Below, piece by piece: positions 20,761 through 30,203 of a stretch of DNA of 64,000 nt (its first letter is position 1; the number at the start of each line of letters is the position of its first letter). Origin of the DNA: an uncultured Acidobacteriota bacterium. Lineage in GTDB: Bacteria > Acidobacteriota > Thermoanaerobaculia > UBA5066 > Gp7-AA6. Below the pieces are notes generated by a model that saw nothing but the letters and a program-made list of their open reading frames with translations, was not told the DNA's origin and did not search any database. Where the stretch lies: contig CAVXTP010000013.1 in the NCBI GenBank assembly GCA_963764715.1, positions 32,001-96,000 on the forward strand, in the 5' to 3' direction. A program made the translations under genes and the position numbers.

Positions 20761-20846
20761 AGGCGGCAGGCGGCAGGCGGCAGGCGGCAGGCGGATGTCG
20801 GCGCCGGTTCCCTCCTGCCTCCCGCATCCTGCCTCCTGCCTCCTGC
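20761..20846. repeat. Heptamer tandem inverted element, family C, copy 2 (opposite orientation)
   Basis: At least 4 x AGGCGGC (20761-20794), spacer, then GCCTCCT-type units (20811-20846), between mreD and mrdA. Confidence 0.8.
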
Positions 20847-20856
20847 GGAATCCATC

Positions 20857-22746
20857 ATGCTGAAGATCCGCGAGGACCGCCAGGCCCTCGTCCGCCGCGT
20901 CGAGATCTCGCGCGTGGCGGTGGGCGCAGCGCTCTCGGCGCTGGCGATCGCGTACTGGTTCGTCCAGATCGTCCGGGGCGATTACTACTTCTCCCTCTCC
21001 GAGAACAACCGCATCCGGGCCGTCAAGATCACCGCGCCGCGGGGCTACGTCCTCGACCGCAACGGCGCGGCCCTCGTCGAGAACGAGCCGGCCTACACCC
21101 TCCACCTCTACCGACGCGAGGCCCGGGACCTCGCGGCCTCGATCGACTTCGCGGTCGAGCTCCTGGGGCTCCCGCGCGAGGAGGTCGCGTCCCGCGTCGA
21201 GCGCGGTCGGCGGGCGCCCGAGTTCGTCCCGATCCCGATCGCCGAGAACCTCGGCATCGAGGAGGTGGCCGCGGTCGAGGCGAGGGCGATCGAGCACCCC
21301 GAGTTCGCCATCACCGTCTCGCAGCGCCGGCTCTACAAGCACGGCGACGCGGCCGCGCACGCCCTGGGATACCTGGCCGAGGCCACGCCCGAGCAGATCA
21401 AGGCGGCCGCGGGCGTCTACCAGGTCGGCGACTGGATCGGGCAGAAGGGGGTCGAGAGCGCATACCAGCGTCTGCTCGCCGGGGCCAACGGCGAGCGGCG
21501 CGTCATCGTCGACTCTCACGGCCGGGAGGTTTCGGAGGCGAACCGGCTCGAGGCGACGCCCGGACAGAACCTGTTCCTCACGCTCGACCTCAAGCTCCAG
21601 GAGGTCGCCGAGGCGTACTTCCGCGACCGGGTCGGCACCGTCGTCGCGATGGACCCCCGGACCGGCGAGATCCTCGCGCTCGTGTCCTCGCCGTCCTACG
21701 ACCCCAACTGGTTCACCCGCCGCGTGACCTCGGCGGAGTGGACGGGTCTCCTCGAGAACCCGGACCGCCCGCTGCAGAACCGGACGATCCAGAACATGTA
21801 CTCGCCGGGGTCGGTCTTCAAGGTGTTCCTCGCCTACGGGGCGCTCGCGCTGAACCTCGTGGATCCCGAGGCGAAGATCTTCTGCCCGGGCCACGCCGTC
21901 TTCTATGGGCGCGAGTTCCACTGCCACAAGAAGGGCGGCCACGGCTGGGTCAACCTGCGCGACGCGATCAAGGTGTCCTGCGACGTCTACTTCTACAACC
22001 TCGGACGCCGCCTCGAGATCGACCGCATCAGCGAGATCGCCACGTCGTTCGGGTTCGGGCAGCCGACCGGCATCGATCTTTCGTTCGAGAAGTCCGGCCT
22101 CGTGCCGTCCGAGGAGTGGGCGAAGAACCGGCGCGGCGCCCGCTGGTACCCGAGCGAGACGATCTCGGTCTCGATCGGCCAGGGCCCGCTGCTCGTGACC
22201 TCGATGCAGGTCGCGCGGGCGCTCTCGGGCATCGTCGAGGACGGACGCCTCCCGACGCCGCACCTCTTCTACTCCTCGCAGGACCCGCGGACGGGCGAAC
22301 AGCTGCGCTACAAGGCCGAGTTCCGCGACGTGATGCACCTGCCGAAGGAGAAGCTCGACATCGTCAAGAACGGAATGTGGGCGGTGGTCAACGAGCCGGG
22401 CGGCACGGCCTACGGCTCGCGGGCGAACGGCCTCGAGATGGGCGGCAAGACGGGCACGGTGCAGGTCGTCGGCCGGGAGTCGACGATCCGGGCGGGCGCG
22501 GACCGGTCCCGGCTCCAGGACCACGCCTGGTTCGCGGGGTTCGGGCCGGTCGACGATCCGCAGATGGTCGTCGTGGTGTTCGTCGAGCACGGCGGCCACG
22601 GCAATCTCGCCGCGGCGCCGCTGGCGAAGGCGCTCTTCGAGGCGCGCTTCGGGACGGCGCCCGCGCCCCCGGCGCCCTCTCTCCGGGCGGCGTCGCCGGC
22701 CCCGGGCGCGGGCGTCGCGCCGGTCGGCCTCAAGGAGAAGCCGTGA
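20857..22746 (+). CDS. mrdA: Penicillin-binding protein 2
   Basis: APRGYVLDRNG; SxxK (PGSVFK), SCD and KTGT motifs; DHAWF. Confidence 0.96.
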   Translation: MLKIREDRQALVRRVEISRVAVGAALSALAIAYWFVQIVRGDYYFSLSENNRIRAVKITAPRGYVLDRNGAALVENEPAYTLHLYRREARDLAASIDFAVELLGLPREEVASRVERGRRAPEFVPIPIAENLGIEEVAAVEARAIEHPEFAITVSQRRLYKHGDAAAHALGYLAEATPEQIKAAAGVYQVGDWIGQKGVESAYQRLLAGANGERRVIVDSHGREVSEANRLEATPGQNLFLTLDLKLQEVAEAYFRDRVGTVVAMDPRTGEILALVSSPSYDPNWFTRRVTSAEWTGLLENPDRPLQNRTIQNMYSPGSVFKVFLAYGALALNLVDPEAKIFCPGHAVFYGREFHCHKKGGHGWVNLRDAIKVSCDVYFYNLGRRLEIDRISEIATSFGFGQPTGIDLSFEKSGLVPSEEWAKNRRGARWYPSETISVSIGQGPLLVTSMQVARALSGIVEDGRLPTPHLFYSSQDPRTGEQLRYKAEFRDVMHLPKEKLDIVKNGMWAVVNEPGGTAYGSRANGLEMGGKTGTVQVVGRESTIRAGADRSRLQDHAWFAGFGPVDDPQMVVVVFVEHGGHGNLAAAPLAKALFEARFGTAPAPPAPSLRAASPAPGAGVAPVGLKEKP

Positions 22747-23840
22747 TCTCGCGGGTGCTTCCGGGCTCGCGCCGGATCGACCTCGTGGTGCTGGGCTGCG
22801 CGGTGGCGCTCGCCGCGCTCGGCGTGCTCTTCATCGCCTCCGCCACGACCGGAACGAAGTACGAAGGCCTCGCCGTCAAGCAGGCGATCCTGATCGGCGT
22901 GGGGCTCGCCGCCATGACGGTCACGATCTTCTTCGACTACCGGATGCTCCTGAAGTTCTCCTTCGCCATCTACTGCGCGTGCCTGCTGCCGCTCGTGTAC
23001 CTCCTGGTCTTCGGCGAGAGCATCGCCAACGTGCGGTCCTGGATCCGCATCGGCCAGTTCCAGTTCCAGCCGGCCGAGCTCTCGAAGGTCGCGACCGCCC
23101 TCCTCGTCGCGTACCTCTTCGAGAACGAGGACGACGCGCGGCTCCACGCCGGGACCCTCTTCAAGCTCGGGGCGATCGTGGGGCTGCCGATCCTTCTGGT
23201 CTTCCTGCAGCCCGACATGGGCCTGGCCATCACGTTCTTGCCGCTCATCTTCGTCGGGCTGTACTTCGGCGGGCTGCCGGCGCGGGGCTGGATCGCGATC
23301 GCCCTGATCGTCGCCGTGGTGCTCGGCATCGGCTGGTTCCTGCTGAAGGACTACCAGAAGGCGCGCATCGGGACGTTCCTCAATCCCGACACCGACCTGC
23401 TCGGCTCGGGCTACCAGGTGCGCCAGTCGAAGATCGCCGTCGGGTCGGGCGGCTTTTCGGGCAAGGGCTTCCGCAGCGGCACGCAGAGCCAGCTCCGATT
23501 CCTGCCCGTGCAGCACACCGACTTCATTCTCGCCGTCATCGCCGAGGAGTGGGGGTTCCTCGGCGTCATCCTGGTCCTCGGCCTCTTCGCCGCTCTCTTC
23601 CTGCGGGCCATGAAGCTCGCCCAGGCCGCGCGCGACCGGGGAGGAGTGTTTCTGGTCCTGGGCCTGACGGGGATGATGTTCTTCTCGGTCGTCATCAACG
23701 CGTCGATGATGATCGGGCTCGCCCCGACGACGGGCATCCCGCTGCCGCTGGTGTCCTACGGCGGGTCGTCGGTCGCGACGACCTTCCTCGCCATCGGCCT
23801 GATCCTGGGCGTCGAATACCGCCGGTTCGCCAACGCGTGA
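22743..23840 (+). CDS. rodA: Peptidoglycan glycosyltransferase RodA (SEDS family)
   Basis: GTGA overlap; FQPAELSK, QPDMG, GYQVRQSKIAVGSGG, HTDFI and GIPLPLVSYGGSS motifs. Confidence 0.96.
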   Translation: MISRVLPGSRRIDLVVLGCAVALAALGVLFIASATTGTKYEGLAVKQAILIGVGLAAMTVTIFFDYRMLLKFSFAIYCACLLPLVYLLVFGESIANVRSWIRIGQFQFQPAELSKVATALLVAYLFENEDDARLHAGTLFKLGAIVGLPILLVFLQPDMGLAITFLPLIFVGLYFGGLPARGWIAIALIVAVVLGIGWFLLKDYQKARIGTFLNPDTDLLGSGYQVRQSKIAVGSGGFSGKGFRSGTQSQLRFLPVQHTDFILAVIAEEWGFLGVILVLGLFAALFLRAMKLAQAARDRGGVFLVLGLTGMMFFSVVINASMMIGLAPTTGIPLPLVSYGGSSVATTFLAIGLILGVEYRRFANA

Positions 23841-25333
23841 GGAAAGAGCTCCTCGTCAACGCGACGCCTCCCGAGACGCGCGTCGCCCTCACCGAGGACG
23901 GCCGCGTCGTCGAAGTCGTGCACGAGCGCCGCGGCCGCCAGAGCCTCGTCGGCAACGTGTACCTGGGCCGCGTCCACCGCGTGCTGCCCGGCATGCAGGC
24001 AGCCTTCGTGTCGATCGGCCTCGAGCGCGACGCGTTCCTGTACGTCGAGGACGCCGCGCCCCCGGAGACGATCGAGTTCGGCGACGAGGAGGCGGAGGCC
24101 GCGGCGAGAGAGCCCGAGGAGCGGTCCGAGCGGCCCCGCATCGACGATCTCGTCAAGGAAGGCCAGGAGATCGTCGTCCAGGTGTCGAAGGACGCGGTGG
24201 CGTCGAAGGGGCCCCGCGTGTCGACGGCGATCTCGCTCGCCGGACGCACCCTCGTCTATCTCCCGTCGGCGCGCGAGTCCGGCGTGTCGCGGCGGGTCAC
24301 CGACCCCTCCGAGCGCGAGCGCCTGCGCGGGCTGCTCGAGGCCCTTCCCGGCCCCGGAGGCTTCATCGCCCGCACGGCCGCCCTCGGGAAGTCGGCCGAG
24401 GAGCTCGCCGCGGACCACCGCTACCTGACGGACCTGGCGGCGCGGATCGCCCGGCGGCAGGAGAGCGCGTCGCCGCCGGCGCTCCTGCACCGGGAGCTCG
24501 ATCTCTCCCTCCGCAGCGTCCGCGACCTGCTGCCGGACGACTGCGACGCGATTCGGGTGGACGACGAGGCCGCGTACGCCCGGATGAAGGAGCTCCTCGA
24601 CGCGGTCGCCCCGAGGCTCGCGCGGCGGCTCGAGCTCCACGCCGGCCCCGAGCCGCTCTTCGAGCGCTTCGGCGTGGAGGCGGAAATCGAGAACGCGCTC
24701 CAGAGCCGCGTCGCGCTTCCCTCGGGCGGCTCGATCGTCCTCCACCAGACCGAGGCGCTCGTCGCGATCGACGTCAACACGGGCCGCTTCGTCGGCAAGG
24801 ATGGTCTCGAGGAGACGGTCTTCGCCCTGAACCTGGAGGCCGCTCCCGAAGTCGCCCGCCAGATCCGGCTGCGCGACCTCGGCGGCCTGATCGTGGTCGA
24901 CTTCATCGACATGGAGGACGCCGCCCACCGCGAGGCGCTGTTCGAGCGCTTCCAGGAGGAGATGGCGCGCGACCGGGCGCGCACGCGGCTGCTTCCGGTC
25001 TCGGAGTTCGGCTTGATCGAGATCACGCGCCAGCGCTCCCGCGGCAACCTCGAGCGGGTTCTGACCCGCGCCTGCCCGGCCTGTTCCGGGAGCGGACGGG
25101 TCAAGACCGACATGACCGTGGCGCTCGACCTGCGCCGGCGGCTTCTCGCATCCGCCGCGGTCTTTTCGGCGGGCGAGACCGTTCGCGTCCGCGTGCGTCC
25201 GGGCGTGGCGCGCCTGCTCGCCGATGAAGACCCGAGAATTCTGGCCGAGACGGAAGGGGTGCTGGGGATCCGGGTCGAGCTGACCGCGGACGAGGCCCTG
25301 GAGTCCGAGGGGTTCGAAATCAACCGGGGCTAG
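23837..25333 (+). CDS. rng: Ribonuclease G (Rne/Rng family)
   Basis: GTGA overlap; GNVYLGRV..VLPGMQAAF, TEALVAIDVNTG, RLRDLGGLIVVDFIDM and CPACSGSG motifs; no long RNase E scaffold tail. Confidence 0.93.
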   Translation: MRKELLVNATPPETRVALTEDGRVVEVVHERRGRQSLVGNVYLGRVHRVLPGMQAAFVSIGLERDAFLYVEDAAPPETIEFGDEEAEAAAREPEERSERPRIDDLVKEGQEIVVQVSKDAVASKGPRVSTAISLAGRTLVYLPSARESGVSRRVTDPSERERLRGLLEALPGPGGFIARTAALGKSAEELAADHRYLTDLAARIARRQESASPPALLHRELDLSLRSVRDLLPDDCDAIRVDDEAAYARMKELLDAVAPRLARRLELHAGPEPLFERFGVEAEIENALQSRVALPSGGSIVLHQTEALVAIDVNTGRFVGKDGLEETVFALNLEAAPEVARQIRLRDLGGLIVVDFIDMEDAAHREALFERFQEEMARDRARTRLLPVSEFGLIEITRQRSRGNLERVLTRACPACSGSGRVKTDMTVALDLRRRLLASAAVFSAGETVRVRVRPGVARLLADEDPRILAETEGVLGIRVELTADEALESEGFEINRG

Positions 25334-25340
25334 AAGTCGC

Positions 25341-25372
25341 TTTCGATCAATAATTTACCCGATCGAAATAAT
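25341..25372 (+). promoter_or_regulatory. AT-rich promoter-like island with a perfect 8-bp inverted repeat (putative operator)
   Basis: TTTCGATC-N12-GATCGAAA (25341-25368) overlapping AATAAT. Confidence 0.5.
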
Positions 25373-25455
25373 CCCGGAGGACCCCCTGTTGCATGGGGCA
25401 GCACGCGATACCTTCCTTCCCGGCCCTGACCTTTGAGTCGGGGCCGCCTTTTTTT
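25373..25455 (+). ncRNA. Candidate small RNA, about 80 nt
   Basis: Lies between convergent rng and phr; preceded by an AT-rich promoter-like island, contains CCTTCCTTCC and ends in an intrinsic terminator. Confidence 0.45.
25421..25455 (+). terminator. Rho-independent terminator
   Basis: CGGCCCTGAC-ctttga-GTCGGGGCCG 10-bp stem followed by CC and T7. Confidence 0.85.
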
Positions 25456-25460
25456 GGGGC

Positions 25461-26879
25461 TCATTTCCGGATCGCCGCGAACATCTCGAGGGCCACGGCC
25501 TTCTCGCGGGCGTGGTCGAGGATCGGGGCGGGGTAGTCGACGCCGATCCGGCAGCCCGCGGCGGCCTGCTCGGAGGCGCTCATCGTCCAGGGCTCGTGGA
25601 TCCTGGCGTCGGGCACCCGGGCGAGCTCCGGCACGAAGCGCCGGATGTAGCGTCCCTCGGGATCGAACTTCCGGGACTGCAGCACGGGGTTGAAGATCCG
25701 GAAGTAGGGGGCGGCGTCCGTTCCGCTCCCCGCGGCCCACTGCCAGCCCCCGTTGTTGTTGGCGAGGTCCGCGTCGGCGAGCTGGCGCTCGAACCATTTC
25801 TCCCCGCGCCTCCAGTGGACGTGGAGGTCCTTGGTCAGAAACGACGCCGCGACCATGCGGGCGCGATTGTGCATCCAGTGCGTCGTCGAGAGCTCGCGCA
25901 TCCCGGCGTCGACGAACGGGTAGCCCGTCTCCCCGCGGGTCCACGCCTCGAGGCCGGCGGCGTTCTCCTTCCAGGGCATCCGGTCGAACTCGGCCCGGAA
26001 GCTTTCCCCGGCCACGCGCGGAAAGTGGAAGAGAACGTGATGGTAGAACTCGCGCCACGCGAGCTCGCCGACGAACTTGCGGATGCTGTCGCGGCCGGCC
26101 GGGGTCGCCTCGCGCCAGGCCTCCTCCGCCGCGGCCCGGACGGCGCGGGGGGAGATGGTCCCGAAGTGAAAGTGCGGCGAAAGCCGCGAGGTGCCCTCGC
26201 GGTCGGGACGGTCCCGGTCCACCGCGTAGGCTGCGGCCGGGCCCGCGAAGAAGCGCGCGACGAGCTCGGACGCCTCGGCCTCGCCGCCCCTCGGTCCGCG
26301 CGCGTCCGGGAGCAGGTCGCGCCACGCGCGCACCTTCGGGATGGGCACGCTCGCGACCTCCGGCGTGTCGAGCGAGGCGGGCGAAGGCACCGGGTCTCGC
26401 TTCTCGGCCGCCGTCCACTTGCGCGCAAACGGCGTGTACACCGTGTAAGGGTCTCCCGCGTCCGACGCGATGACGTCGGGCTCGACGAGGAGCGCGTCGG
26501 GAAAGAGCCGGAGGCGTCCTCCCGCGGCTTCGATGGCGGCGGCGGCCGCGGCGTCGCGCCGCTCGGCATACGGACCGATCTCGACGTTGGCGTAGACGGC
26601 CGAGGCGCCGGTCTCCCTCAGGAGCTCGGGCAGCGCCCGGTCGGCCGGGCCGCGGCGCAGCACGAGCCGGCCGGAAAGACGGGCGAGCGACGCCGACAGC
26701 GATTCGAGGCTTTCGCGGAGAAAGCGAAAGCGGTCCGGGCCGACGTCGGGGTCGCCCGCGTAGCGGTCGTCGAGGACGAAGACCGGGACGACGCGGTCGC
26801 CGTCGCGCGCGGCGCTCGAGAGCGCGGTGTTGTCCGCGGCCCGCAGGTCGCGCCGGAACCAGTGGATCAGCGTCGGCAC
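25461..26879 (-). CDS. phrB: Deoxyribodipyrimidine photolyase (CPD photolyase/cryptochrome family)
   Basis: WFRRDLRAADN, VYTPF, TSRLSPH, ELAWREFY, TGYPFVDAGMR, MHNRARM, NNGGWQW and RIFNP motifs; GTG start at 26879. Confidence 0.95.
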   Translation of the reverse strand: MPTLIHWFRRDLRAADNTALSSAARDGDRVVPVFVLDDRYAGDPDVGPDRFRFLRESLESLSASLARLSGRLVLRRGPADRALPELLRETGASAVYANVEIGPYAERRDAAAAAAIEAAGGRLRLFPDALLVEPDVIASDAGDPYTVYTPFARKWTAAEKRDPVPSPASLDTPEVASVPIPKVRAWRDLLPDARGPRGGEAEASELVARFFAGPAAAYAVDRDRPDREGTSRLSPHFHFGTISPRAVRAAAEEAWREATPAGRDSIRKFVGELAWREFYHHVLFHFPRVAGESFRAEFDRMPWKENAAGLEAWTRGETGYPFVDAGMRELSTTHWMHNRARMVAASFLTKDLHVHWRRGEKWFERQLADADLANNNGGWQWAAGSGTDAAPYFRIFNPVLQSRKFDPEGRYIRRFVPELARVPDARIHEPWTMSASEQAAAGCRIGVDYPAPILDHAREKAVALEMFAAIRK

Positions 26880-26901
26880 AAGCCGGGCCTCCGTCCGTCC
26901 G

Positions 26902-27375
26902 TCAGGGCCGCGCCCGCTCGCGGACGGCGGGCGGGAAGATCTGCTCGATCGCCCGGCGGCGATACGCGAAGATCTCCTCGAGCTGCCGCCGCACGCGCAG
27001 CCGGTGGACGAGGCGGCCGAGAGCGCCGAAGGGCAGGGCGTACTCGACGCGGTCCTCCATCCGCACCCTTCCATCCCGCGGCGAGAAGCGGTGGGTGTGG
27101 ACCCACGCGGCGTAGGGGCCCTTCTCCTGGACGTCCTGGAACTCGAGCGGCGCTCGCCATCGCGTGATGCGCGTGACCCAGCGGAACCGGAAGATCAGCC
27201 AGCGGATGCGGTACTCGATGCGGCAGCCCTCGCCGAGCGCCGCGGGCGGCGCGCCGTGAATGCGGAAACGCAGCCAGGGCGGCGTGATGCGGGCGAGGTT
27301 GCCGGGGTCGGAGAAGAAGGCGAAGACCGCTTCCGGCGAAGCGTCGATCTCCTGGGCCTGCTCGAGGACGTGCAC
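26902..27375 (-). CDS. SRPBCC family protein
   Basis: VFAFFSDPGNLARITPP, FQDVQEKGPY..WVHTHRF and IFAYR motifs. Confidence 0.88.
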   Translation of the reverse strand: MHVLEQAQEIDASPEAVFAFFSDPGNLARITPPWLRFRIHGAPPAALGEGCRIEYRIRWLIFRFRWVTRITRWRAPLEFQDVQEKGPYAAWVHTHRFSPRDGRVRMEDRVEYALPFGALGRLVHRLRVRRQLEEIFAYRRRAIEQIFPPAVRERARP

Positions 27376-27436
27376 GGGACGAGCCTATCGCCGCCCATGA
27401 CCCGCGGCCGCGGACTGTCGAGCTCGCGCCGGGGCG

Positions 27437-28447
27437 CTACGGGAGCGGCCGGAGGCCGAAGAGCGGGAGCGTGACGACGTTGTGCAGGCCCGGCGTCGCC
27501 GAGACGACGAACGGGATCGCGTTGACGACCGTGCCGATCGTCGAACGGTCCCCGTGGAAGCCGCCCGCCGCCGTCAGGTGCAGGGCGGGATCGCCTTCGA
27601 TGTCGATTCGGTCGGCGGGATCGGGCGCGCCCACGGCCATCGTCAGGTCCAGAACGACCTTCGCCTCGTCCCCGGCCTGGACGAGCGCGACCTGGTGGAG
27701 CCCGAGCACCCGGCCCGCCGGGATGCCGTCGGTCTCGCGCTCGGCCAGCACCGGCTTGATCGTCTCGGTGATCTCGTGGATCGGCAGCCCCAGTCCGAGG
27801 GCGATGATCGCCGCCGACTCCGAAAGGCCGACGTGCCCGAGCTTCTTCGCGGCCACGCCCGCGAGGAACTCGTCGCGGGAGAGCCCGGCCCCGACCTTCG
27901 CGCGCAGGGGGCCGCGCCGTTTGGCGGCGTCGACCACCCGCGTGACGCGGACCGAGTCGACGCGCACGCAGGCCCCGGCCGCGGCGAGAACCAGCCGGTC
28001 CATCACGAGCCCCGGGTTGACTCCGGTGCCGAGGACGGCGACGCCCTTGGCCTTCGCCTGCTTGTCGATCTGCCGGGCCATGGGCGCGTGCCGCAACTCC
28101 GGATACGCGAGCTCCTCGCAGGTCGAAACGATGTGAAGGCCGGCCGCGATCGCTTCCTCGATCTGCGGCAGCATCGCGTGGAGGCGCGAGCCCGTGCAGA
28201 GCACCGCGACGTCGCCGCGGTGGCGCGAGCCGGCGGTCTGCGCGTAGAGGCCGGCGGCCGTGGGCGACACCGTGATCCCCGGGAAGGCTCCGTCGAGGAG
28301 CTCCGACAGCGGCCGGCCGGCCTTGTCCGGCGCCGGGTCCGCGGCCCCCGCGAGCTCGACCCCCTCGCGGTGGGCGAGGGCCTTGCCGACTTCGATTCCG
28401 ATCGGGCCGAGACCGACGAGGGAGATGCGCGCTTTTGTGGTGCTCAT
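27437..28447 (-). CDS. NAD(P)-dependent amine dehydrogenase / 2,4-diaminopentanoate dehydrogenase-like protein
   Basis: GLGPIG Rossmann motif; STCEELAYP, GTGVNPG, KVGAG, GHVGLSES and GGFHGD motifs. Confidence 0.8.
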   Translation of the reverse strand: MSTTKARISLVGLGPIGIEVGKALAHREGVELAGAADPAPDKAGRPLSELLDGAFPGITVSPTAAGLYAQTAGSRHRGDVAVLCTGSRLHAMLPQIEEAIAAGLHIVSTCEELAYPELRHAPMARQIDKQAKAKGVAVLGTGVNPGLVMDRLVLAAAGACVRVDSVRVTRVVDAAKRRGPLRAKVGAGLSRDEFLAGVAAKKLGHVGLSESAAIIALGLGLPIHEITETIKPVLAERETDGIPAGRVLGLHQVALVQAGDEAKVVLDLTMAVGAPDPADRIDIEGDPALHLTAAGGFHGDRSTIGTVVNAIPFVVSATPGLHNVVTLPLFGLRPLP

Positions 28448-28466
28448 GTTCGGGGCGGCATTCTAT

Positions 28467-29786
28467 CTAAGCGACGCGGACCTCCGCGGCCGCGGGCCGG
28501 TCCGGGACGCCGCGGAGGAGCCAGAGCGCGACGGCCATCATGAACGCGAGCGAGACGACGGCGAGCCGGTACGCGGTCTCGCGGCCGAGCGGCGCCGAGA
28601 GCCCGTCGACGATCGCGGCCCAGACGAGCGGCCCCACGATGGCGGCCGCCCGCGCCGAGAGCGCGAGGAGCCCGAAATAGCGGCCGGATTCCCCGGCGGG
28701 CACGAGCGTCAGGAGAAGCGGGCGCTCGGCGGACCAGATCCCGCCGAAGGCGAGGCCGACGATGAACCCTCCGATCCAGAATCCGTCGAGAGAGGGCGCG
28801 AGGGCGATCGCAACGAGGCCCGTGATCCAGGCCGCGAGCACGGCGGCGAGCGTCCGGCGCGGGCCCCAGCGGTCGCAGGCGAACCCCGCGAGCGCGGCGC
28901 CGCCGACGGCGGGGATCGTCAGCGTGACGAAGAGGCGGATCTCGCCGCCGGCCGGCAGGCCGAGCACCGTGACGGCGTAGAGGGCCATGAACGAGATCGC
29001 GGTGCCGAGGGCGTCCTGGTAGAAGTAGGACGCGACGACGAAGCGCCGGAGCCCGCGGTGGCGGCCCGCGTCGCGGAAAGCCGAGGCGAGCTCGCCCGCG
29101 ATCGAGCCCCACCGCACCCGCTCCCGTGCGGCGCCGCGGCTCCCGCGGTCCCGGCAGAAGACGAAGAACGGCAGGGCGAAGAGGAGGAACAGGAGGGCCG
29201 TCGGCGTGAAGGCGGCCTCGCGGCCGCCGGCCCGCAGTCCGAGGCCGCCGGTGACGAAGGGCCCGACGAGCAGCACCCCCGCGATCGAGCCGACGTACCC
29301 GAGCGCCGTCCCGACACCTGAGAGCCGGCCGCGGTCCGAGGTCCGCGCGAGCTCCGGCAGCATCGCGTTGTACGGGGGCAGGGCGAGCTGGTAGGCGGCG
29401 TTGGCGAGCGCGAAGGCGGCGAGCAGGAGGAGACGCCCCGTTCCGGCGGGGAGGTGGGCGCGGGCGAGGGGAGCGAAGGCGAGCGTCGCCGCGACGCAGG
29501 CGAGGGTGAGACCCACGACCCACGTCTTGTGGCGGCCCGAGGCGTCCGAGACGGCGCCGACCCAGGGCGCCAGAAACAGCACCGCCACCGACGAGAGGCT
29601 CGTCGCCACCGAGTAGGCGCTCGTGCTCGAGCCCCGCTCCGTCACGATCCAGACGGCGAAGTAGAGAGTCACGATGTTCATCGAGAAGATCGTGTTGGCG
29701 AAGTCGTAGAGGGCCCAGCTCCAGCGCTCGAGCGCGGGGGCGTGCGCCCGCGCGGGCGGCGGGGCGGACCGGCGGGATTCGGCCAT
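28467..29786 (-). CDS. MFS transporter, UMF1/ATG22-like
   Basis: SWALYDFAN, GAVSD, YNAMLPE, GRLSG and YFGL motifs; about 12 TM helices. Confidence 0.88.
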   Translation of the reverse strand: MAESRRSAPPPARAHAPALERWSWALYDFANTIFSMNIVTLYFAVWIVTERGSSTSAYSVATSLSSVAVLFLAPWVGAVSDASGRHKTWVVGLTLACVAATLAFAPLARAHLPAGTGRLLLLAAFALANAAYQLALPPYNAMLPELARTSDRGRLSGVGTALGYVGSIAGVLLVGPFVTGGLGLRAGGREAAFTPTALLFLLFALPFFVFCRDRGSRGAARERVRWGSIAGELASAFRDAGRHRGLRRFVVASYFYQDALGTAISFMALYAVTVLGLPAGGEIRLFVTLTIPAVGGAALAGFACDRWGPRRTLAAVLAAWITGLVAIALAPSLDGFWIGGFIVGLAFGGIWSAERPLLLTLVPAGESGRYFGLLALSARAAAIVGPLVWAAIVDGLSAPLGRETAYRLAVVSLAFMMAVALWLLRGVPDRPAAAEVRVA

Positions 29787-29873
29787 CGGGCGCCCGTAGG
29801 ATAGCCTCCCGGCCCGGGCGAGCCGGACGGAATCGAAACCCGGCCGGGAGCGTTGGAGGGCCAGGAGGCACAC

Positions 29874-30203
29874 ATGCGAAGAGCATCTCTGGCGGCCACT
29901 CTGATCGCGGCGAGCCTCCTCGCGGCGTGCGCTTCGGGAGGCAAGAAGGACCCCGGCCTCGGCCTGCGGACGCTCGACTGCGTCGTCGTCGAGCGCGGCG
30001 AGGGCGGGCCGAGCTCCGGATCCGGCCGCGGCTACGCGAGCTCCGGCAACTACTGGATGGTCTTCGAGACGAAGGAGGGCGAGGCCACGTCGCGCTACCA
30101 GCTCGAGGTCACGCGGACGCAGTGGTTCCGCTTCCCCGAGGGCTCCCGGGTCCGGATCACGCTCAACAACAACATCCTCACGGACGTTCGCTCGATCGAG
30201 TGA
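29874..30203 (+). CDS. Small lipoprotein with probable beta-rich (OB-fold-like) domain
   Basis: AGGAGG SD; lipobox LLAAC. Confidence 0.75.
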   Translation: MRRASLAATLIAASLLAACASGGKKDPGLGLRTLDCVVVERGEGGPSSGSGRGYASSGNYWMVFETKEGEATSRYQLEVTRTQWFRFPEGSRVRITLNNNILTDVRSIE

